A DNA stretch of 64,000 nucleotides, from NCBI RefSeq assembly GCF_964355755.1, contig NC_092675.1:25640912-25704911 (forward strand). Reading direction: 5' to 3'. A program made the position numbers and the translations under genes. Numbering within the stretch: position 1 is the first letter of the stretch; every line of letters starts with the position of its first letter. The DNA is from Antedon mediterranea (Eukaryota > Animalia > Echinodermata). Below, in pieces: positions 53,901 to 64,000 of the stretch. The notes under the pieces were generated by a model that was not told the DNA's origin, made no database searches, and was given only the letters and a program-made list of their open reading frames with translations.

Positions 53901-56900
53901 GTAGTTGTACTAAGATGACATCCGGTATGAAGCGTCTCACATACACACAGAGCCAAAATTGCATCTTGGACTTGCACAGTGTATGGACTCTCCCCTTACG
54001 GTTTCCATTAAATATACCATTTCATGCTATCATTCTAAATAACTAACTTTCAACCTATTGCATTCATCTTTTTTTCATTCCATCCATCTTATCTTGGTGA
54101 AAAGGAAGGATACTACATTTTCCTCCCCTGAGTTTATAGCCTCTCTACTCGAACACAAATAAGAACACAAATAAGATAGTTTAACAAGAAAATTTTAATC
54201 ATGTATTTTACCGCAATTTTCATTTCTACATTTTAATTAACATCGTATCTAAAATTTTAAATGAGAAAATGTATTGTTAATACAGAATTCTGGCATCTTA
54301 TTATGTAAATATACCGGTATTTTAACTACTCTAAACACTTACTTTTAATTGTCACAAATGTACTTATATGTATATAATATATTCATCAATGAGAATTTAA
54401 ATAAACGTGAGAAGAACTCACACAAGACAAAAAAAAAATTATGTATTGCGGAATTACAGAGGCCAACTAGCTAGGCATCCATATGACGTTCGTTCTTATC
54501 GTGGTTTCTTTCAACATTTTCAATTCATTGAATACGCAATGTCATAAATCAAAACTAATTGATAGGCCTAATTTTTATGTGTGCTAAGACTTTCAGGAAT
54601 AAGAACAGATAGTCTTTAAACAGAAACTATTACATTTTAAATAGACACTATCCAGAAATTAAAAAAATATCGGACAACTTCCTTCTGAACAATATCCAGA
54701 CACCTAACGCCTATTAAAATAACCACCTAGCCTAAATTAAGCATTGAGCCAAGCTGTTTTTGTGGAAAGAGCAGCTAAGTTACTCAGTACGCCGGGGATC
54801 AATTTATTAATTATAAGTCTTATTTGCACATCGTAATAATATATTATTATTGTATATTAGATAATAAACAACCAGACTTAATCTGTTCCAAAAATAATAG
54901 TAAAAAAACTCATTGAAGAATAATAATGAAGAAAGAACTATGATCCAAACTGTAGTTGGGCATAAAGGTACAAGTTGTTTGTTTTTTCAGATGATAGAGA
55001 ACCTGACCTCGTTTGTCCTGAGCATATCACGGTGGGCAACAATACTGACCAGTACGAAGATCCAGTAACCTGGAGTGACCCGACAGTGACTGACAATTTG
55101 CATAAAGACATATCAGCAACTTGTACACCTGAATTGGGATCAATCTTTGACGTTGGGTCAACTATTGTCACGTGTTCTGCAACAGATGATACTGGAAATG
55201 TTGGAAGTTGTTCATTCGTTGTCCATGTCATAGGTCAAACATTTATTTCTTGTAAGCATAATATTTATCAATACTTTAAAGAGCTTAATTTTTAAAATTA
55301 ATACTGTTATATCTCTTTTCGCTATTCACCGTGTCCGATAACGGGCTTAGGATCAAAATACGTATTATATGTGTATTTGTATGTTCTTCAGATAATAAGG
55401 AACCAGATCTAGTGTGTCCTGAACCTATCATAGTTAACAACAGCACCGACCAGTACGAAGATCCAGTCACCTGGAAGAACCCCATAGTAACAGACAATTT
55501 GCTTAACGATATATCAGCAACTTGCACACCTGCATCGGGATCCATCTTTGACGTTGGTTCAACTATTGTCACGTGTTCGGCAACCGATTATATTGGAAAT
55601 CTAGGAAGTTGTTCGTTTGTTGTCCATGTCATAGGTCAGACCTTCAATGGTAAGGAGTACTTTTATTTATATAGAGCTATGATATTATTTACAAACTTAC
55701 AGAATTGACCAGTATGACAAACAATATTTTAAATTTTTTTTAATCTACTACAATATTTTAATAAATTAAGCAGCCGAGGCTACCTGGGGTTAAGGAGTAA
55801 ATAATAATTATACAATTAGTATAAAAGTAAAGTAGTAAAAAAACTAAGGAAAATGGTGAATGAAAATTGAATAAATGAAAAAAAGAATCGCCATTTTGCT
55901 TTTCGTTATATCAAAATAGTTTACTAAAATCGTCTATATGAACATTTACTTTCAAGTAGGACTAGTTAGGCCAACAAAAATAAAATACGTAGTATTATAA
56001 TGCTTTAATTATTTTATCTGGATATTTAATAATTGAGATATAGTTATTGTCCAAAAAAGACGAACAATGCCACAAATAGCCAGAAGGCTGAAACTGTGAC
56101 ATTTTACAATACAAAAGTTAAAATCCGTTTAAATATTGTAATTATTATACTTTTATTATCATTTTTTTCTTTTTTTTATAGTTAAAAACAATGTACTTGA
56201 TAAACAGCCCGTGCTTATTTGTCCTGAAAACATTATTGTTAACAACAGTGGCATTGATTTAATGAGGACACCAGTAACTTGGACTAACCCGACAATGAGC
56301 TCTGATAATATTTTACCAACAATCTGTGCTCCGGCATCGGGATCGGGGTTTGACGTTGGTTTCACTACTGTTACATGCTCTGCTGTTACTGATGACGTAA
56401 TACGATGTCAGTTTGTTGTTTACGTTGAACAATATATTTCAGGTAAGACAATACATGTTCGACGTTCTGTTTTTTTTAACATGATGTACACTATAAGTGT
56501 ACACAGTCAAGCGGATCAGAAGGGTAATATATCCCGTATTACCTGTTTGATGTTTCTACGCGCGCGTTGTTTATGTAGTGCATTGTATTTTTATCGTTGA
56601 GCGCATGCGTAGTTGTAATTTCAAACCCGTATTCGACGGTTAAAAAAGCTAATCGTAATCGTCGAAAGCTCCCTATTGTTGTTGTGATAGCTAGAGCTCA
56701 AAATGGATGAAAATAAAGGTCGTCGATTTCAATGTGTACACTAAGAGATAAAATCGTTGCACCCTGCTTGTTCTTACAAAATACGGGAAATATCTAGCCT
56801 ACGTTCTGGTTCCATGGAATTTTCTTATATTTTGTTATACACTTGACAGGATCATCATTATCATCTATCTCGTTTTAAAATAGTTCACACACTTTCATTT

Positions 56901-58137
56901 GTTTGTTTTCATTTTACAACCCGGATTATACAATATATTTATATACATGATAAAAAAATAAAAAAAACAATAATAGCTCAGTACCACCAGTAACCCGTAT
57001 CACTGTAATTCCTTTTCGGTTAATCGTATCAAATTAGAATTTATATTATCATAATCTTATTTCTTAAAGCTACCCATTTTTCTATACTTGTTTCTTTATT
57101 GTTATATGTTTCACATTCAATGTTATATAACATATTGCTTTTAAATGAATTCCATAAAGATTTACCCACTGGCTTATTTAGTGCAGATAACATTTTTATT
57201 CTATAAATAGTAAATGCTGCAAAAGTGTAAATATAATCTATTAGCTTATCTCCCGTTCCTAGTATTAATTGTTTAAATGATATATTATTGTGATTTAAAC
57301 TTACAAAGATACTAAGCATTTTCCTCCAATATTTCTGAATAAATCTACAACTAAAAAACAAATGATTTTCATTTTCAATTTCCGTAATATCTGAAGATCT
57401 GAAGTGATAGTTTAAATTTGGCGCCAAGAATGTACAGAAAGTAATTTGTGGGTACTTTAAAATTATAGTTATTATTATTAGGTTATTCGTATGATGAACA
57501 TGTCTATACGACAAGTTTGAACAAAGCAGTGATCGTAACACTTTGTGTAATGGTTGTTATTATGGCATCTGCGTTGTTTTTGGTTGTAAGGTACTGTACC
57601 ATGTCATTTTTGGAAATTCCGATTTTCAATAAACCAGTAAATATAAGGTGTCTTATTTAAATTAACTTCAACATACATACTACCGCTTACCACTATTTAT
57701 GAACCACCGTGATTCTAAACCTATTTAATTTAACTTTCGCCGATGAGCTATGCTCGACGCGATTATGGGATCATGTTCCAAATATGAGCACTGTTTCAAT
57801 AACTTGACAGTATGATTTATATATAATTTACTCAGTGCTACGCAACACAATCCAAATATATACAAGTTTGTATTGGGATTGTTTTTTGTTACGGGTAACT
57901 CACTATGTAATGAAATTAGCGGACATACGGAAACCCTAATATAAAATTGATGAAAAGAAACAGGTGGTTCGAAAATGAGGTTGCAAATTAATATAATGTA
58001 CAGCAATAGAACGCTTTGTGTTTATATTTTTATTTTCATTTGTGCTTTTTAGATACTATAAATCGAAGTTGAATCATCACACAATTGGAGTCACCAAGTT
58101 AGAAGGTGATGCGATGAGCTGGAAGATTCTGGAATAA
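50910..58137 (+). CDS. Gene D: FTP - 4xHYR - TM receptor with C-type ectodomain and A-type tail, about 567 aa
   Basis: Exons 50910-51006, 51623-51739, 52046-52135, 52573-52788, 53442-53684, 54991-55233, 55392-55634, 56182-56442, 57482-57590 and 58053-58137. The 1704 nt are in frame, all introns are GT-AG, and the motif NRDDCCADR is intact. Confidence 0.88.
56940..57435 (-). mobile_element. Decayed 3' fragment of an L1/Tx1-type LINE
   Basis: ORF 57041-57541 includes ENENHLFFSCRFIQKYW, resembling the zf-RVT C-terminus of Tx1/L1 ORF2. Confidence 0.55.
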
Positions 58138-61100
58138 TAATACGACGTACTTGTTGTCTAAAAATCATACTTTAATGCACTGTTAACAATATTAAAATAG
58201 AGACATTTAAACTATATAATGGATTGAAACAACATCTTAACATGAAAGCATGAAGCCCATTTATATTTCCTTAGCTCTCTTATTAACCTATTGAATAACT
58301 GAAACTATTGTATTGAAGTTACAGCTTAGATTCAATTAATTGAAAGAAGAATATAGCTTCAACTTCGTTGAAGTTAGCTCGATAGTTATAGATCTAAAGA
58401 TGCACTCCTAGTCAAATTACCATTCCATACAGGAGTTCTAGTAGCACCAATGGGCAAACGCTATAGAAAGAACCTCTGAAAAAAAGTATTTGTAGGCCTT
58501 ACTTAGGCATAACTGTTACTATCAAAATACGATGTATGTAAACGTCCTAATAAAATCGTTTTACAGGAAATTCTGAACAAAATGGGCCTAGAAGTGGTTC
58601 CTGGTGATAAAATCTAAAACCATAAAAGCTTGGCAATAAAGGGAATGAAACGGATGGTATAGAATGATAACAAGTTATTAAAGACTGAAAAGGAAATTTA
58701 AAAAAAATTACCACCTGAAAAATGTTTTTTTTCTATAACTATAGCATAAACCGTAGTAGCATTGATAATGATATATAATAATTAATATTATTATTTTAAG
58801 CATGATAACGTTTACATAACATATTGCCTAATTTTGAGTTTTTTATGTAACTCCATGTTTTATAGAAACATGTTTAGGCTATAAGAATGTATCTTTCGAG
58901 AAACATAAGAAATATATTAGATAAGAACAATCTTTATTTTGATGACCACAAGGCGAATTTGTTTTCCTTGAAGCTTAATTACACACACTATAGACCTACA
59001 GTAATTAAAATTAATACAATATAATAATAAAGATTAAAATTAGAAAAAAAAACATGATGGAAAAAAAAACATTGAGTTGTATTGAGTTGAGGACAAATGA
59101 ATTCCTACATCGAGTGCTTGCTATTAAGATTGTGTCAACCACATCCCGGTGAACAATCTATTTACCCGAAGAATCAAGAGATCACCAACAATCCCAATAA
59201 GTATTCTTAGAAAACAGATTTGCAGATGATTCGTTTTATTAATATGATATCTTTTACACATTGTGTAGAATGATACATATACTGTTTAACCTCGTTATCA
59301 TTGTTTTGGTAATACACTTTCTGTACCCACAGAAAAAAATTACACATATTGTAGTAATGAAAACGTAATCTGTATATAGGCTAGGGTACAAATTCCCATA
59401 CTGTAGTTTTTCTAAATGGTACTATAATTTGAAAACATTTCGGTAATTTTGTCATAAATACATTCATATCATTTCCGTCATAGAGATGATTGATTATGAT
59501 AAAGATGGGAGGTAGCAGGGGCAGAAAAAATTGGGAATTATGGGCGGCAATAGTGGGTTCTACATTTTTGATACCACAAGTCTAGATACTAGTTTATTTT
59601 AATAATATATAACATATCGGACCGAACGTTAAATCAACAAAAATACAGTCGCGATATGAACGGAACGAAGTACAGGTATAGGCTACTAGAATTATACGCA
59701 TGCGCAGATTAATATTTTGTATAAATTACCGTTTCCTCGTTTCCTTTACGTCTACCTTCCCCTTTCGTCTACTAACTGAGAATGCAGATGTGTACAACGA
59801 CGCGGCAAGAAGCTTGCAAAGGAAGACACCGATTTCAGTTTCTTTAAAATAATGATAGTATTATTTCTATTGAGATGAATTCGATGATCATAATGCAGCA
59901 TGGGAATTTTGATAAATGTTTGGAATATAAATAACACTTAAATACTATACTATTTTTACAAAAATTATATTTACTGAATGTGTAACAAAATTGATCGTAT
60001 TTGATACAACATTTCTTTAGAATTCCTTCTAATTTTCCATTTATAGATTGTTCCTAAATTTTACAATTCTCCATTTCCTTAAATATTTTAACAAATGCAA
60101 AAAAAGTATAAAGAATGGTAGAGTGTTGTGATTGTGTGTAGTAGTAATACTGGGATACAGAAGATTTTGAACCAATTATAGGTAAGTCTTTTGGTTGCTT
60201 TGAATACGCGTTTCCTGGTGAACCTTATACACATTTCACATATTAAATAAATGATGTCACATCTGATGGCCCATTATTACACAATGTTTCCGTCAGTGTA
60301 CAGCTTCGTCTGTTTTATGGCTTTTCTGCATATATCGACATCAAAAATCATTCAGTCATGCTACAATACGTTCGAATTAGGTAAGTCAAGTTTATTTTCA
60401 TACATCTTTAAAATCTAATATATAGGCTACTAAGTAGGCCTATAAACAATTTAGTAAAATACTGAAATTGGAATTTTGAGAAAAACCGTAAGTTTTTTTT
60501 AAACTGTATTGTATTTTATTTTATTGTAAGACTAGATGATTTATCAATTTACGATCATGGGAAAATGTAGAGATACCAAAGAGAAATGCATGGTTGTACA
60601 TTACAATTCTCATTTAGAAAAGGTATGACTTTCTAGTCAAAACAATATAATAATAATAATACGATTTACCTCTGCAGCAGACATTCCAATTTTTAGTATA
60701 CATCCGAATAGGTCGACTACCCCAAAAACTATAACTGTAATCTTAATCAAGACTAAAACAAATAAGGAATTTGGGCTAAAATTATGAACCGAATTCACTA
60801 CACACCCAGCGTTGTTTCTAAATTTGATTGTAGTTATCTGCCAATTGAAATGACAGCATGTCTTTATAAGTATGACATTGTACTGTTGAAGAATAATTAT
60901 AGCTTTTAAAATGTTTGTCAAAATTGTCTAGTGTCAGAGTTCAAAACAACTAGACAAAGTACAACACATGGAAATGCTCCTGCTTCGTATGCTGTTGACG
61001 GTGGAATAAATGGACAGTACAGCAAACGTACATGTACGCACACTAGTAAGTGATAATGCGTTTTAATTAATTATCTATTTCTAGGATTGTATGCATATTC

Positions 61101-63055
61101 TATAACAATACTTGTTAACGTAGTTTTACTAGCATCAAAAACATAAAACATTTCCAAATAGTTTTCTTATTCAAACGTTAAATAATTTAGTAGTTGTATT
61201 TGTTTTATAATGTAAACCTTGGCTAAATACTATAAACATGACTGACATCCTATATATCCTATTCCGCCTGCATTATTGTTTTCCAATCCTTCTTAAGCAG
61301 AGATTATTTATGGTATACAGTTGGAAATTATAGGGGCGATATATAAGCATGAACTTCGATCAAATATTCCATAATCAATCTCATGAATTACTTATGTTTC
61401 TGCCTTAACCTGATAGGAGAAAAACATGACACTAACGGCCTCACCTGCAATAACATGTATTCAATGGGCTTAGCGTATGTTACAAACGATGAATTGGGTT
61501 TCCTATCCGAAACATAGTTCAATCGAATGATCAATGAAAAATGATAACCGAAAGTGAAACATTAAGAACAAGCAAGGGTTACAATATTTTCCAATATTGA
61601 ACAATACTTCATGTTATCATTCTATGGCAAGGTGAACGTTTCTGTATATTTTTTGTTATGAATAGACAATTGATAGATTCTTAAACAGTATTTTTATTTT
61701 TTTTCTAATTGAAAGCTCTCATGAATAATCCATGGTGGTATGTTGATCTCGGAACGGAAAAAGTAATTTCAAAGATTGTTATATTTAACAGAGAAGATTG
61801 TTGTGGTAAGTAAGAACAATATATTAAACTCATTATCTATTTGCATGTACATTTAATTCTAGTCGTGACCGCGGTCGAAGGTGTTAAAGAGTCGCTATTT
61901 ATCTCCATAGACTTACCATTAAAGTACAGTAGTCTAATTTAGGATGTATATTAAGCAGAATACGACATTAAGTCTCCTTTTAATGTATATGAATTGTTTA
62001 ACCATAGTCTAATCAACCTATATTATCGATGGGCAGTTAGTTATTATACTTTTAAACTATTTTCGACTATGCTGACTCAGCCTGGTATTTTGGTATAAGT
62101 TCATTTCTCAAAAAATAAACTCCAGGTAACCTAAAATAAAAGTGTACGGTTTATTCTCGACATCGCCTCGATAGAAACAATTAAACGCGCGCAGTTGGTT
62201 ATCTGAACATAAGTTAACTTGTTCAAGCCTTAAATTATACCTTAATGTTGATACCTCTCTAGCAAATAATTTTACAAAGATTTTCAAAGGAAATCAAACG
62301 AACATTTTGTAATTCCTAATATCAAAGGGATAGCTTCGAAAACATTTTATTTATGAATAATCTTCCTTCAGATATTAAATAAGCATAAACGTGCTAATAA
62401 AGATTCATCTTGGTAATGTTCATGACTACACTGAAAGTAATGAAAACTGTTAAATAATGCTGTAAATTGTTAATGTTATTGTAACTGTTAATTGTTAGTA
62501 CAAACACCATTGGAAATAAGCTGTGTCAGCTTTATGGATGTTGTTTAGAGTACCGAAACAAACAAACTGAGTATATCATGTATTTGCATTTTGTGTTTTT
62601 TTTTGCCTAACGCATGTTAATGTTACTGGTTATTAACCGTGTGTTGTTTGTTTTAAGCTGAGAGGTTAGCAGGAACAGAGGTTCGTGTTGGAAATAACAA
62701 GGCTCCACCGTTTTCGGATAATGCACAATGTGCATTGACTATATCACGAATGGATGCAATCGCAATAAACCCTATAGAGATGTCATGCAACCCACCTATT
62801 TCTGGGCGGTATGTCACTGTATATAAACAGATTAGAGGATATCTTACCTTATGTGAAGTAAAGGTTTACACAGGTGAGTACATATTAAATTTGGTAATAA
62901 AGCCTTTACAGTTATTGTTCACCATCTATGGAATTTCGACATTGAATTCGTCTAAAAAATCATTAAAAACACATCTTTGTGCCAATTGTAGACCTATGCG
63001 TACAAAACACACCTTTAGAGCCATATGTGGAGGAAAAAAACTAAAATAATACCTA
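58013..63055 (+). repeat. Dispersed segmental duplicate of 14320-30475 lacking the TE insertions
   Basis: Near-identical tail exon, 3' UTR, intergenic region and exons 1-4 (D to E versus A to B). Confidence 0.92.
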
Positions 63056-63903
63056 CAATTAATTATCTATAGGCCTAATGTATGCTATTTTATTACATTT
63101 TATTACAAAAAAACAACCCGAAAATGTTGGAAAGAAGGAATCCTGCCATCAAACAGCTTTATTTACTAACTGTTAATAATATAACAAACTATAAGAACTA
63201 ACATTGGTTTTGTAGATATTGAAAAACCTGAAGTTGTGTGTCCAGATGATATAGAATTACATGTTGGGAATAATCATCGTTTACATCAAGTTGATTGGAA
63301 TCCTCCTGCAGTTTCTGATAATTTTCATACGGATCTTTCGGCAACCTGTTCTCCATCATCAGATTCTTTATTTCCAGTTGAATTCACCAAAGTTACTTGC
63401 TCAGCAACTGATGCAACTGGAAACAAAGGAAACTGTTCGTTTGTTGTAAATATTGCAGGTCAGGAAACTATTGCTAAAGCTTGGTTCCCACTAGGACGCA
63501 ACACAAGAACGCTTGTGATTGGTCAATTTGCTTACGTTGCGGTAATTACGTCATTGCGTTGCGTCCTAATGGGAACCAAGCTTAATAATGAAGAAAGAAC
63601 TATGATCGAATCTGTAGTTGGGCATAAAGGTACATCTATACAAGTTGTTTGTTTTTTCAGATGATAGGAAACCTGACCTCGTTTGTCCTGAGCATATCAC
63701 GGTGGGAAACAATACTGACCAGTACGAAGATCCAGTAACCTGGAGTGACCCAGCAGTGACCGACAATTTGCATACAAATATATCAGCAACGTGTACACAT
63801 GCATCGGGATCAATATTTGATGTTGGTTCAACTATTGTCACGTGTTCGGCAACAGACGGTACTGGAAATGTGGGAAGTTGTTCATTTGTTGTCCATGTCA
63901 TAG
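60284..63903 (+). CDS. Gene E: FTP-HYR receptor, 5' part (continues beyond the window); intact counterpart of gene B
   Basis: Exons 60284-60380, 60932-61045, 61716-61805, 62658-62873, 63216-63458 and 63661-63903 are in frame, with motif NREDCCAER. Confidence 0.87.
63478..63582. mobile_element. 105-bp Harbinger/Tourist-like MITE in a gene E intron
   Basis: TIR AGCTTGGTTCCCA(C/T)TAGGACGCAAC(A/G)CAA with TAA TSD on both sides. Confidence 0.85.
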
Positions 63904-64000
63904 GTCAAACATTTATTTCTAGTAAGCAATACTTGAAACAACTTAACAGTCCTAACTTAGACAATTTCGTATTTATATGTAATGGTAGAAATATAATATT

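Larger units (their letters stand above)
30489..55570 (+). repeat. Tandem segmental duplication: about 30489-41870 matches about 41553-55570
   Basis: Near-identical collinear exons, introns and intergenic DNA. The main differences are the Penelope insertion (copy 1), the 4-kb TIR element (copy 2) and small indels. Confidence 0.92.

Noticed and set aside
56495-56815. Possible MITE in a gene D intron
   Set aside because: There is only a short internal inverted match (TCCCGTATT/AATACGGGA), with no definable termini or TSD.

Overview
This is AT-rich, intron-containing animal genomic DNA. A marine invertebrate deuterostome such as an echinoderm is my inference from the HYR/F-lectin content and TAGGCCTA enrichment. 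The window opens with the last four exons of a Gln/Thr/Pro/Val-rich protein gene (80-2694). The rest is a head-to-tail tandem array of five + strand paralogues (A-E) that I reconstructed by hand from GT-AG splice sites. Each encodes a type I membrane receptor: signal peptide, one F-type lectin (fucolectin/FTP) domain, 1-4 HYR domains, a transmembrane helix and a short cytoplasmic tail. A, C and D have open reading frames. B is frameshifted and heavily interrupted by transposons. E runs off the window end. The array has two tail types: one with an acidic tyrosine motif (EDDAIYCSV) and a homologous one without it (EGDAMSWKI). Genes C and D carry nearly identical ectodomains joined to opposite tails, which resembles a paired-receptor system built by unequal crossover and exon shuffling. 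Duplicated segments provide empty sites that delimit many insertions: CR1/L2, RTE, Tx1 and Penelope retroelements (one with a hammerhead ribozyme), Kolobok-, Harbinger-, MULE-, hAT5- and P-like non-autonomous DNA elements, and a Helentron/DINE-like element. All coordinates were counted by eye, and no database searches were run.
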